Of a DNA stretch of 64,000 bases, positions 21,545 to 34,366 are shown in pieces. The notes beneath the pieces were generated by a model that was given only the letters and a program-made list of their open reading frames with translations, searched no databases and was not told the DNA's origin. The first letter of the stretch is position 1. The number at the start of each line of letters is the position of its first letter. A program made the position numbers and the translations under genes. The stretch comes from Cladosporium halotolerans (taxonomy: Eukaryota): positions 186,001-250,000 of the forward strand of contig NW_027191484.1 in the NCBI RefSeq assembly GCF_011745625.1, given 5' to 3'.

Positions 21545-22615
21545 TCAACCCTCAACCTCCTTACCCTTACCCTTCCCCGTCCCCTCCAACCTCAGCTCCA
21601 CCACTGCCCTCCCAACTCCCTCGTCCACACCCCCACACACATCCCTCAGCACCCACACGCCAAAGTCCCTGCACGCATGCCTCACTGCGCCGTCGTTCGC
21701 GCTCCACACCAGCGCCGCGAGAGCGAGCGCCTGCGACGCGAAGAGCTGCAGCAGCAGCGAGGCCTGCGCGTAGAAGCGGGCCGTCAGGCGGTGCCGGACG
21801 TTGAGGCTGTGGAGGGTTTGGAGGAGGGTCTGGAGGTAGGGGAGGAGGAGCGTGAGGGTCAGGAGGGCATAGAAGGTTAGGAGGGAGGCGGTGCGGTGGA
21901 GAAAGGTTGGGGGCGCCGTTGGTTGGGGGGTTTTGGCGAGGGAGTGGTGTTGTGGAGGCGGGGCGAGGGTTTCGGGGATGGCGGTGCGGAGGATGAGGGT
22001 TTCTTCGTGCGTGAGGTCGTCGGGCAGGCCGCGGAGGATGTAGCCTACGCCGTCGATGTAGAGGCGGCGCGTGAGGGGGTCTGTCGTGGGTGTTGAGGTG
22101 GGGTTATTCAGGGCGAGGTTGAGGAGCGTGAGGCCGTAGCGGCTGCTCTTGTCGCGGAGGTTGAGTTCTGGGAGTTCGGTTCTGGTGGTGCCAGTTAGGG
22201 GAGGGGCTGGAGTCGCGGCGCCTGAGGTTGAGGGGCGGCTTGATGGGGCGGAGGTGAAGAGTTCTGGGATCTCGTCGTCGCTGTCAGGTTCCGTGTACGA
22301 GTCTGAGGTCGAGGGTCTTGTGTGGTAAGAAGGCGGCGGGCCCAGTGAGGTGGTGCTCGCTGAGCTCGAGGCACTCGAAGAGCGAAGGTGTGACCGCGGA
22401 TTTGAGTAGACAGACGCGCGGAGCGAGCGAAGCCTGGGAAGCCGCCGTTGTAGTATTTGTGGGAGTGCGGAGTATAGGAGTGAGGAGGGGTTTTCATCTG
22501 TATCTGAGGAAGACGTGTAATAGGACGAAGGCTTGCTGTCGAGGCTGAAGAGGCGCATGGGGATGCTGCCTGCATTGCTGAAGACGCCGGTATTGCTTGC
22601 GAGGCAGTCTGCCAT
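21545..22615 (-). CDS. Hypothetical protein, Ser/Pro-rich N-terminus and hydrophobic C-terminal helices
   Basis: Long biased ORF with first ATG at 22615; segments RRLYIDGVGYILRGLPDDLT and LLTFYALLTLTLLLPYL. Confidence 0.7.
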   Translation of the reverse strand: MADCLASNTGVFSNAGSIPMRLFSLDSKPSSYYTSSSDTDENPSSLLYSALPQILQRRLPRLRSLRASVYSNPRSHLRSSSASSSASTTSLGPPPSYHTRPSTSDSYTEPDSDDEIPELFTSAPSSRPSTSGAATPAPPLTGTTRTELPELNLRDKSSRYGLTLLNLALNNPTSTPTTDPLTRRLYIDGVGYILRGLPDDLTHEETLILRTAIPETLAPPPQHHSLAKTPQPTAPPTFLHRTASLLTFYALLTLTLLLPYLQTLLQTLHSLNVRHRLTARFYAQASLLLQLFASQALALAALVWSANDGAVRHACRDFGVWVLRDVCGGVDEGVGRAVVELRLEGTGKGKGKEVEG

Positions 22616-24534
22616 GATGTCTGTGGCTTTGTGGAAAGCCCAGGAAACGGGGAAAGGGCGTTTCCTTATCTCAATTTGCAACGGATGTTGGTGCAGGAAT
22701 GTTGAAAAGAAATGTTCATGTACCGGGCCGCAGACAGAAGAAATTCGATGTGGTATCAGGCGCAACCGTGAGGACAGAGGAAAGGAGATAGCATTTCAGT
22801 TCGGCATCTGGCACGAGCAGTGTGCAGACGACCAGGATAAATGTCTCGCTTACCAGTAGAGTTGCCCAACAAGCGTCTATCATGTGTCAGAGGCTGTACA
22901 CGTTGCGAGTGTGGGGTGATGGACAGGCAGAGGCGGCGTCCAAGGTTGGGTGACAGGTCTGGCATGTGAAAGTGGCCGCTCGTTGAGACGCAGAGCCCTG
23001 GGATTCGCCGGGTTGGCCCGCTGTGGCTGACACGTGAATTTGCTCGCCGCGAGTCAAGAATGCAACATGTCTGAGACCGAGGCAATTATCGGAAGGCCTT
23101 ATGGATGGCCGTGCTGATGGCATTCCAGGCCTGCTCATGTTTGGCTGCTGTCTGGTGCAAGACCGTCCGGGACGGATGTCTTCATGGCTACAGGCGCCGC
23201 ATTCACACCGGCGATTGCATGCATCTTACATGATAGAGAGGGTATCAGCTATCAGGCGTCTGAGGGCGCGTACATACCTTCTCTTATCGTAGGCTCCAGT
23301 CTCCACCTCGAGGGCGGCTGTGGTAGTTGTACAGGTATCCAGCCTTGCGCCAGGTCTTGAGGTCAATTGCATTTGGGCGATTGGGCGATCTTGTTCTAAC
23401 AGTACACCGAGGTGCTGTCAGCACGCGGTGTTCGCATCGATGCCACGAGGGCCAAGCAATTGGCTGCACAATCGACCAACCGGACAGCGTGCAGCCGAGC
23501 GGCAGGGTGCTCGATCCATCTTGGCGCATTGGCATGGCGGAGCGGTCGTTTGGTGCTGGCGAGGGCCGAAGACTTTCCCAACTTCACCTCAAGCCAGCAC
23601 TTTCGGTTCTCTCCCATACACATACAAGCTCAACTCTCACTCGAGATATACCACATGGCACGACAACGTCTCGAGGCGTACGCAATCTCCCCCCGAGACC
23701 GCACGGGCGACAGTCGCAAGCGGCGCGCGGCCTGCTGTATGTCGCGCAGACGCGCCGGCTATCGGCAAGCCGATTAAGCTCTGCATACCTTACCTAAAGC
23801 ATCAATCCATTCGATGCGGTCGCTATCTCTCGCGGCCATTGGCATTATTGGCGGTCGGTCAGCTGCACCAAAGAGTGATCGAGGTGTGCGGCCTTGTCAG
23901 ACTGCGAGTTTATCTCCGCTGTGGTGTTACCATCACGCGACAGCCCATATACAGATGCTGAGTACACGCGGCCCTGGTCTCCTGGCTCCCCGCCTCATTG
24001 CAGTGTCGTCTCAGGGCTCCCAGAAAGTTAGATATCCCCATGCACGACAGATTGCCCTCTCCTATACTGTATTTGATCCGCGTTGGTGACGTACGCTCCT
24101 GCTATGTACTCGCTTCCACGCCCAGGGAACTGCTGCGATGGAAGCCACTCCGCTTTGTCAAGAAGCTACCTTCTACATTATTCCCTTACCAAGCCTTTCC
24201 CTCCACTTGGCAGTCTTGATTCATCCCACCCTTACCGATCTCTCTTTGTTGGCTAACGGCCCTCATCCGACACTCCCGCTCGAGCAGGCAGTGGCACTCA
24301 GGTTGACTGACTGTCCCAACTCACGGCTTGACATTGCTCGGACCCACCGCCCGACCTGAGAATCAGCAGGAGCGCGCAAACCGCTTTCTGACTGCCGACC
24401 TGCCCTGTGTTGCGCCAACGGACGATCCTCCGCAATACTCCACATGCATTGACGTCTGAAGGGTCGCCAGGGATCCTTCAAGTCACGCTCGTTCCGGGAT
24501 CAAAGGCCGGTCGGCGCACACAGCGCTCATTCCG

Positions 24535-26700
24535 ATGCACCTAACGAGATATCCCCTGTGGCTCCACACAATTATTCCTCTCGCTCGCGCTGCCCTCAAA
24601 AGCGAAGCATCCCCTCCTCATCCCTACGACGAGGCCGTCGACAATGGCACCTTCGGCTACTATCCTACTTGGACGTACGCGACGGAAGCCGACATCGCAT
24701 CGCCCAAGATCAACTGGTTACAGTGGGATGCGAGATGCGACGATGGCATGTACTACTTTCTCACACCGCGAGGCTGGGGCATCGAGAGACCGGGTCCAAT
24801 GATCTTAGATTGGAAAGGCGACTTGGTCTGGACTAAACATTTCGCGAACGAATGGGGCGGTCAAGCGTATGATTTCACGGTGCAGCATTACCAGGGACAT
24901 GAGTATTTGACGTTTTGGACGGGTGACGATCGAGTGCGAGGGCATGGGTCGGGGAGCTATATGATGGTATGTCTCCTGAGAAGGAAGATTTTGGCTTTCC
25001 CGTACCCAAGCCATGATTAAGATACACGCTGACACAGCTCCCAGCTCGATTCTTCCTACGAACTGGTACACGACGTAGATGCAGCGAAAGACTTGACTGC
25101 CGATCTGCACGAGTTCTCGTTAACATCAGAGGGAACAGCGCTCATCACCGTTTACCAGAAGTACCAGCACGACATGTCGGGCTGGAGGACTTTCAACGCC
25201 ACAGACGACCCGAACGACGCCGATCGAGACTGGATATGGGACTGCGTGCTTCAGGAGATATCTGTCGACACCAGAGATGTCATCTTTGAATGGCGCGCGT
25301 CCGAACACGTCGCTCTGAATGATACATATCACAATATCTGGCATGCAGGAAATCACGAAGACCCTTTCGACTGGTACCACTTGAACAGCATCGAGAAGGA
25401 CGAACTTGGGAATTACCTGATATCGGCGAGGTATACGCATAGCATCTCCTACATAGATGGCCGAAACGGCGACGTACTCTGGGTTTTGGGTGGCAAAAGC
25501 AACATGTTCATGGATCTCAGCAACGGCACCGCCATTAACTTCGCCTGGCAGCATGACGCAAGGTTTGTGTCGCCGGACTCATTTCCAGAGCTGTACACGC
25601 CACCGATGGAGCAGAAAGGCTACACCACAAAATTGCTCTCTCTTTTCGACAATGCCGCGGAAGACCAGAACTATGTCTACGGAATGAACATTTCACGTGG
25701 TTTGTTACTCGAAGTCACATTCCCAACTCCTGGGTCCGATGTAGCTTCTAATACCGAGAAAACCCGCGACATCTCTCACCTCCTCAAGCTCGCCGCACAA
25801 TCCAACAACCCCGTACCCAAAGACCACCAGGCAATCACAAACCTCCCCATCCCCTCCTACGGCGACGCCAAACTCCAAGACCCGACAACCAACACCCTCA
25901 AAATCGCCCAGACCAACAGCACCGATCCCTCCCACACCGTCCGAGTAATCCAATCCTTCGCCAACCCCCTCCCCCTCCGCTCCTCCTCCCAAGGCTCCCT
26001 CCAACTCCTCCCGCCCACGACACCCGGCTCCGACGCCCGCGTCTTCGTCGGCTACGGCCTCAACGCCGTCTTCACGACTTTCGACGCCAACGGCTCCGCC
26101 CTCTGCGACGCCCACTACGGCGCCACCACCTCCTGGGAGCGCGGCGACATCCAGTCCTACCGCGCGTACAAATTCCCCTGGGTCGGCAGGCCGAAGTACC
26201 CGCCGCGCCTCGTTGTCGCGGAGGAAGGGGCGAGCGCGCTCGTCAGCTGGAACGGCGCGACGGAGGTCAAGGAGTGGGTTCTGCAGACGCCGAGTGCTGG
26301 AAAGGCTAAGGCTGGGTGGAGGGATCTTGTTCGTGTGAAGAAGGAGGGTTTTGAGACTTCGCTGCCGCTGCCTGGGGATTTGCTGGCCTCGGAGGAGATT
26401 CGCTTTCTTCGTGCGCTGGCTTTGGATGCTGCGGGCGAGAGGTTGGAGTTCGGCGTCTCTGAGGTCTGGGATCGGAATCCGTCTGCCGAACCTGATTTGG
26501 ACGCTACGGATTCTCTGGCCAATACGGTGGTGGGCACGCCGCCTTCGGCTGTGCTGCTCTTCGGAGTGTTGGCTATACTAGCTGGCTTGGCGTTGTTTGA
26601 GGCCTATAGGCGGTACTTGTGCTGGAGAGTGGGTGGAAAGGCGGTCGGAGCGGTCAGGTGGAGGAATGGAGTTAAATATTGGGGATTGGGGGAGGCGTAA
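24535..26700 (+). CDS. Arylsulfotransferase (ASST)-domain protein with N-terminal signal and C-terminal TM helix
   Basis: DLHEF, FDWYHLNSIEKDELGNYLISAR, WQHDARF, LFDNA, SSSQGS.Q and SYRAYK motifs; intron 24967-25044. Confidence 0.9.
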
Positions 26701-27315
26701 GGGTAGTAGGAGATGGGTTCTGACGTTTCTTGACGGTATTACAATCGTGTCCATGGTTGTACTTCTGTAGTATGGGTGGTAGTTGGTAGATAGTGTCAAT
26801 TGCCTCTCTAATCCTAATGATCAGTACCAAATCTGAGACCATTCAGCAGGCTTTTGAGCTGAAGGTGGCAGTCGAGGTAATTTCCTTGGCAATTGAATGA
26901 ATCACCATTTCCTGCCAATAATGTATATATTTCAGATTAATGGTCTCAGAGCTCCAGCCTGAAATCATGCGCTGCATAGCGTTGGCCATCGCTAAGATCA
27001 ATTCGTGTTCTTCGGAGATGTGTTGAGGGCTATTCGGGTTAGGGTTAGGGCAGCCAGCGGGAATCACCTCGCTCTTGCATGTGAAAGCGACGTCATCGAC
27101 GTCGATCGATCGACCCTGGATCTTTAGAGCTGCGCGACAGACGAGATCGCGTCTCCCACGCGTCGTAATACATGTATATCACTGTTTGACGGCTCAATCG
27201 TAGCACTTGACCTCTTCTAGAAAGACAAGAAGCCTTGTAGACCCAAGCGGTCACTCCACGCAGATCAGTCGTTATCCACTCTCACGCGCCAAATCCCTCC
27301 CATCCTCCAAGAAAG

Positions 27316-28296
27316 ATGAACGACTACGAAACCCGCCGCCTCGCCAAAATCGCCCAAAACCAAGCCCTCCTCGCCGAGCTCGACATCAAACCCCTCGTCT
27401 CCACAACACGAGCCCGGCGCAGCTCAAAACGCTCAGACTCCGCCCACCAGTCCGCAGCAAAGAAACGCCGTGTGCAACAACCGCCCACCGCGCCCTCGCG
27501 AACTTCCGCGCGCCTCGCCAGCGCGCCGCAGAAACCAAACTACGCTGATGAGCCGGACATCAAGCCCGTTGCACTTCCGCGGTCGGCGGGTAAGGGGAGC
27601 AAGGTGAAAGAGGAGCAGGAGGAGACGGAGCCGCTGGTGCCGGTGAAGGATGTGGGGGAGATTCAGGCGGGCTGGGGCAGTTGGGAGGCTGTTGCTGCGG
27701 AGCCGACGAGGGATGGTAATGCGGTGTTTCACTTTGAGGATTGGGAATCGTTCACGCCGAACAAGAGCCCCGAGGAGATGTTGCGGGAGGGCGTCTTTGG
27801 TGGCTCGTATTTCCGGCCGCTGAAATCGCGGAAACTGGGCGTTGTTGTGGATGGGGATTGGAAGGAGTTGCCTGAGAGTTGGATCAAGGGGTTGAATGTT
27901 GAGAAATATTTGACTAATCCGGAGTATGATGCGGATGTGAATAAGTTCCACAGGGCGTGCGGGCAGAGTATTGAGGAGTGGGAGGCGGCGGGGTGGATTA
28001 GCCATGAGCACGATGTGAGGGGATGGTTTCAGTGGTATTGCCGGTTCTTCCAGGGGAGGCGGTGTGAGGACGATGAGAGGCAGGTGAGCAGGTGGAGGAA
28101 GTGTGTTGGTGAGACGGGGAGATGGAAGAGGACGCTGTTGAAGCAGTATGCAAGAGCTGGGGTGAGGACAGTGGAGGAGGACGACGATGACGAGGACGAT
28201 GAAAAGCCTGGGATCAGCCCAGTAGTGAGCCAAACGTGTTTGCATTGGGCTTGGGAGGTCAGACAAGATGATTTGGATCGATGGTATGAAAGCTAA
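27316..28296 (+). CDS. Conserved hypothetical protein (FTPN..P.EML..G.FGG.YFR ... RGWFQWYCRF..GRR..DD.RQ..RW family)
   Basis: 326-aa ORF with a basic NLS-like N-terminus (AKKRR) and a Trp/Arg-rich globular C-terminal domain. Confidence 0.8.
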   Translation: MNDYETRRLAKIAQNQALLAELDIKPLVSTTRARRSSKRSDSAHQSAAKKRRVQQPPTAPSRTSARLASAPQKPNYADEPDIKPVALPRSAGKGSKVKEEQEETEPLVPVKDVGEIQAGWGSWEAVAAEPTRDGNAVFHFEDWESFTPNKSPEEMLREGVFGGSYFRPLKSRKLGVVVDGDWKELPESWIKGLNVEKYLTNPEYDADVNKFHRACGQSIEEWEAAGWISHEHDVRGWFQWYCRFFQGRRCEDDERQVSRWRKCVGETGRWKRTLLKQYARAGVRTVEEDDDDEDDEKPGISPVVSQTCLHWAWEVRQDDLDRWYES

Positions 28297-28396
28297 GGTA
28301 GGCAACAGAAAGGAGCTTTGAAAGTTGAGACTTGGCTCGGTGAAAGACTAAAATACAAGGTCTATGTGCTCACAAGAAGAGTACCGCCAAGCAAGT

Positions 28397-31300
28397 CTAT
28401 TCGTCTTCAAGATCCCTGTTACGCGAAAGGACGTCCAGGAATACATCCTCGAGCGCGGGCTGGCTTATCGAATAGAACGAAATGCCCAGATCCTCTTTGT
28501 TGTCTTCAAGCACATCAAACAGCTTCTCCAGCGGATCAGCTTGCTCAACGTGCTCAGAGACCTCAACCCCCAACTTCTCTGCAATGACATCGTTCCCAGC
28601 CACGCTAGCAACAGGAATGGCAAGTCGCAGCTGTCCTCGCCTAGCCGCACCTGATGTGTCATGAGCCGCGGTGCCAGGGAAAGTCGTCGCAAACCAGTCT
28701 CGAACCTTGCCCATCTCCGCCGAAGACGCATCGACACCACTTTCGAGCGTGAGGTGGACGTGGTAGAGTCCTTGGCCATGAAGCTTGACCAGATCTCGAG
28801 TCCCACTCACAGCAAGCAGCCTGCGATCGAGGATGACGGCTTTGTCAGACAGAGTTGAAGCCTCCTCCATCGAATGTGTCGTGAGAAGTATAGCGCGGTT
28901 CGTCTTGATTGAAGCGATCGCTCGCCACATGATGCGCATGGCGACGGCGTCCATTCCGGTGCTAGGCTCATCGAGCAGCAACACACTCGGGTTGCCTATA
29001 ATAGACGTGGCCAGACTCAGCTTCCTTTGGTTTCCGCCAGAGAGCTTGCCCGCTCTTCGATGCTTGTATGGGCTTAGACCCACTGCGTGAATCACTCGCG
29101 CGACATTCGTCTTCACGTCGCGGACGCCTCGAACCCGAGCGTAGAAGGATAGATGCTCTGTAACGGTCATGTAGTCGGTCGTATCGAACTGCGGACAGAC
29201 GCCCAGCATCTTGCGTGCCGCCATTTGGTTCTTGCGAATCGAAGCACCTCCAACTAGAACATCCGAATCCCGTGACGAGGGATGTATGTTGCCTCGGATG
29301 AGTGACAGCGTGGTTGTTTTCCCTGCACCATTAGGGCCCAGCAAGGCGCAAATCTCGCTGCCGTCTACTCCGAGGGTCACGTCGTCGACCACCTGGTCCG
29401 AGCCAAATCGCCTCGTCAGGTGCAAGATCCGTAACTTTTCTTCGGTTGACTGCACACGAGCTGCCTCAGCCCGGACGTCTGCCGGCATGGTCATAGTCTT
29501 CTCTGTATCTGTGGTTCCGGACTTGGATCGCAGGGGGAATGATAGCTTTGTTCCAGAATCGTGCCAAACGAGTATCCCGTAGAAGACGAGTATTTGCAGG
29601 ATCAAATACAGAATTGGCCCTCCGTAGACGGTGATATCTCCGGGGTATGTGACGAATGCCTGCCCCCGGCAAAGCAGCTGCGATTGATTGAGAGTGAGCA
29701 AGAACGCCCTGAGTACGTTGCCTGATGGCGAGACGAGACCCAGAGTGTATTGCAGCACATTCAGATTGTATTGGAGCTGCTCGGCGGCGGCGAAGGTGAT
29801 CAGGACCATGTAGCTGTGAATTGTCAGCACTGCAAACCACATGGTGAAAGTCAAGACGACTTACATCAAGAAGTAGATCAAAGCGAATATCGCTTGACCG
29901 CCCGCAACGAAAGCGAAAGCAGCAAGCTGGCTTGTCGAGAATAGCGAAACAATGTATGCGAGCAGTGTAGAGCTCATGCCGAACAACCAGATGACGATGC
30001 ACAGGTAGGCTGGACCATACCAAACATCCGCAAGCTGGATCACACAGCATTAGCGAATTCCGTACTCCACTAGAAGCATTCTATTGCTTACCGAAGCCAA
30101 GAGAACTATTGATACAACGGCCACAACAGTAGCGAAGAATGCATCGAATAGCCAGTAGGCGAGCCAAAGTGGAGCAGGTCTCACACCGTTGCTGTAGTGC
30201 AGGGCACGAATGTTGCTGAGCCGTTCAAAAGTCGGGTACAGTGCAAAGAACGCGGTGTATGCACACATCGCGAAGGTGATGTAGAGCACCAGCTGCAGCG
30301 AGTCGCCCGTGCTGCCAACGAAAGGAAGCGCAAAAGTCGAGAACTCGGCATTGATCGTCGTGCCCATGAGGTAAGAGTCGAGCACATTTTTTGCAAGGGC
30401 AGCATATCCAATATTGCCGTTGATACGGTAGGCCATTAGAGGTGCTGGCTCTGGACCAATGTCGTTGCCTAGGTAGAAGCCGCCAGGAACAACATCACGG
30501 AAATTGTCCCTGATGTATGCCTGGAACTCATTGTAAGTGTCTACGGGCCGCATGCGACCAGCGAAGGGCTGGTATTGCGCGGGAAGCTGGTCGAGGGAAA
30601 ATTGGCTGGAAGGTCCCACTGGTACTAATATTCCCCAGAAGCGTTCCAGGGCGCCAAGGGAGAGCCTTTGAGGGTTGTTTGCAAGTTGACCGCGGGAACA
30701 CTGGAGGGGAGTGAAGCCAGCCAGGAACATCGTCGTCAAGCCGGCTGTTATGATGGGAATTACCAGCAAGCAGAAGTATGGTAGCCAGTTGCGTCTGAGA
30801 ATGAGGAGTCTTTTGCGGTACAGTATCCATGTTTGGCGAAGGAACGAAGAGCCTTGTCCACTCTCAATGCTCAAAGCATTGTCTTGTATCTTTGGCTGGA
30901 CAACTGGCGGTACCGTGAGATCACGGCTGTCTGAGCTGCTTCGATCGTCGAGAAGCGTAGACGATGGCATTTGAGAAGACTCTTCCGCAAACTCACGAGA
31001 TAATCCTAGGAATACATCTTGTATCGTTGGCCCATGTATCTGCAAGTCTTTGATGCCGTTTGAGCGCACCTGCTTCGCGACGTCACGGGCTTGAGCAGAA
31101 TTCGCGGCGTTGAAGTGATAGTCGCCACCAAATCCAATTTGAGGATTGAGATGCTGAAGGTGTCCGGCTTCGGGGTCCCGGGTGACGACTTGATAGCCGC
31201 CACCATGCTCGTGCTTCAGCTCTGGCGCAGACCCTTGGACGACCAATTGGCCCTTCGACATGATGACTATATCATCTGCCAGGGCATCTGCTTCATCGAG

Positions 31301-33250
31301 AGCATGCGTCGTGAGAAGCAATGTTCGACGCTCCCGCTCGCTCAAAAGGATGTTCCAGATCTTCCTCCTCGAAAGTGGGTCCAGACCTGAGGAGACTTCA
31401 TCGACGCAGCATACTTGACTTCGACCGACAAAAGCCATAGCCAGCTGAAGCTTCCGTTTCTGACCTCCGGACAGCGTCTTGGACTTCTTCTTAATCTTCT
31501 TTTCCAAGTCACAAGCAACAATGAGATCAGTAAGCTCGTGCTTGAACTGTACCTTGTCTTTAGCCTTCAGAGAGTTGAATATTTGAACATGCTGTAGCAC
31601 AGACAATTCGTCCCAAAGAACGTTTTTCTGAGGGCAAAATCCTAGGGCCACTTGTGGGTCTCTCTCAATGTGGCCCTTGGTCGTTGACTGAGTTCCAGCA
31701 ATCGCAGCTAGGGTAGTGCTTTTACCGCTTCCGTTAGCTCCCAACAGAGCAACAACGTGGCCTGTTGATAAAGAAAGGCTTAGGTCGTCGACGGCAGTGA
31801 AGGCACTCTTTCTTGCAGCGAAAAACCGTTGCCACCAGCTCGGGTAGAACACTTTAGTAACATTGACGATTCGAAGAGCGGAGTCGTTGCCGTTCGAAAG
31901 CCCTTTTCTGCAGCGGTTAGGTGTGCCATACATGCTCCACTGCACAAGGCAAGCGAGCAGAGGGTATAGCACTATCTGTACGGCCAGGAAGACGAAGTAT
32001 AGATAGCCGTTGAGGCTTGACCGCCAGAAGTAGCGATCTGATTGGTAAAGTCCATACGGTTCCAAATCTTGCTCCATGTTGGCTATCTCGATCTGGAAGA
32101 AGGTGTAGGTAGCTGGTGGGAACAAGCACCCTAACACTCCCTGGGCAGTCTCAGTTCGTGGGATGAATTGAGTGAGGATTGCCAGAATTAGACCAAGAAG
32201 CAGAGTTGTAGTGCCTGACAGCTGGGCTTTGCGAAACAGGCTGGCCATGAAGATCGAGTATCCGGTGAGAGACAATCCTGTTAGCAGGTGGAATGGCACC
32301 ACAATGCTGGCAGAGGTCTGTTCGAACATGAGTGTGGCGACGATGGCACCCATCGCCAGCCAACTTGGCAAGTAGACTATGGTGAAAGAAACGTAGACCG
32401 AAACTAGCCGCGCTATCATGGCGTAAGCCTGGTGGGACGTGTACAGCATAGAGTCGATCAAACTCGAGATTCCTATCTCGCGCTCAGTCGCCAGATGTCC
32501 AGGCAGATGGTAAGTTATACCGCAAATGCCGATGAACATAGTGACCGCAAGATAGCTGTTCAGAGCGCGCATAAAGAACTGTTGAACGTCGTCGGCACGA
32601 TCTTGGCGGGTCTCGTAGGTGAAGGGATATTCGTATTGATCCAAAGGGAAGTTCAATCCCTCCATCCTGGCAATCTCCGCATCAATAGCGTGGATGAACG
32701 GTAGAACGAAGACTTGTGCATCATTGTCGTCCTGATTCACGTATGGACTCAGCCCGAGTCCAAAGTCTGCTCGTGCTGTGTAAGCCCATATGCCACCCTC
32801 AGTCGGAGAAGACTCGAAGGTTACTGCTCCGTAGCAAGGCGATAACCCTGTCAAAGTGCTCGGACAGATATCGAAAAGATCGTCTTCGTTTGATGTACGA
32901 TAGACGTCGGCACCAGCTTTTTCCAGTGGGCCCGCAAGTTGCTCAATCAAAGTGTCAATCTGACCTCCGGTGCTACCTTCATTGACAAACACAATTCTGT
33001 TGCGCCCTCCTAATGAAGTCGAGGAGTTGAAAACTTCCGTCGTCAGATTGCGGATAGGGTTGTATGAAGACGCAATGCCGTACTCCGAAGGAGGCAAGAA
33101 GAAGTTGCGTACGTACGCGATGAAGAACATGTATGCAATCGGCAAGGCGACCGCTCGAAGGAACGTCGACAACCAGCTATGCCAGATGACAATGGTCAGG
33201 TCCTTCCTTGTGAGAGTCCATATCTGACGGATTAGGCGCATAAGCGCCAT
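28397..33250 (-). CDS. Full-size ABC transporter, ABCA subfamily (TMD-NBD)x2
   Basis: Walker A GANGSGKST and GPNGAGKTT; signatures LSGGQKRKL and LSGGNQRKL; LLTTH motifs; introns 30091-30035 and 29864-29814. Confidence 0.95.
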
Positions 33251-33853
33251 GCTTTTGGATCCAAATTCCAGAGACGTTTACCGTGCAATTCCAGCCAGTA
33301 TATCGAGTGTTAGCGTGTTAGGCGCGTTCGCGGAAATGGCATTGACCTGGCTCAGTGACAGGCCGCGATGGATATCAACTCAATGCATGAAGTCTTCGCA
33401 CACGATCATGTCGCTTCGTGAGATGGGATCATCTATCTTATTGCTAAGAACGAGTGTCTTAGCAGTGGCGGCTGCCTACGCGTACGCTAGATTTCTGCCA
33501 TACGTGCCACGCCTAGCATGCGGCTCTCGAAAGCGTGTGACGGGTAATCGGAGGCGGTGCAGAGCACAACGAGCATGATGAGTGGATCGCCAAGTAGGCC
33601 AAGAAAGATGCATGAGATCATGGCCATGAGGTCCTACTCGGGGATAGACGGTATGTCAACATAGCCAAATGCGTTGTTCTTATGCGTTCGAGGCTGGCCT
33701 TCACTTCGAAAAGCACTGTCATTTTGCTTGATCTGTCCATTCGCGCTCGAACAACTAAAGGCGCGAGATGGTTGCGACTTCGCAGAGCCTGAGAGACGAG
33801 CCTTGAAGCTTTCACCCAGCAGCTCAGTCAGGCCATTGCGCCTCGAAGGAAGC

Positions 33854-33933
33854 GCGGCCGCACAACGAAGTTAGCAGTCCGCGGCCGTGATGAAGTCCGC
33901 GGCCGTACAGTAAGACATGGTGAGATGCGGCCG
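33854..33933. promoter_or_regulatory. Cluster of four GCGGCCG motifs (two within a repeated AGTCCGCGGCCGT)
   Basis: Copies start at 33854, 33881, 33899 and 33927, in the divergent ABCA/AlkB intergenic region. Confidence 0.45.
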
Positions 33934-34366
33934 CGTAGTGAACCTCCGCCGGTTCAGAAGTCATCCAGCGGTGGCAGTGTACATGATAAGGCGGTGGATT
34001 TAACGGACTTAAGATAGTGCATACGACGACCATCGATTCAGACACCACTGCATTTGCCTAGCATTGTGAGAGAGCAGTCGTTCCATCGCAGTCGATCAGT
34101 CATTGCCGATATGACAAGGTATCGATCCAACCTATACTCTTTGCAGGCTGAGAAAAGGCAGGAGGAGCATAAACGAGAGAGGGCCTCACTTGCTTCGCCC
34201 GCGTGATGTCATCCATTTCGCGCGGCGCGTCTTCCAGACACGCGCACTCACTCACGGTGCCATACAGCGCGTCGAGAACGCGGTAGAGAAAATACTGTAC
34301 TGATCGAAGGAATTGCCATCATACATGTGGTTATAATATTAGCCTAAGGTATCACCCACACCAACG

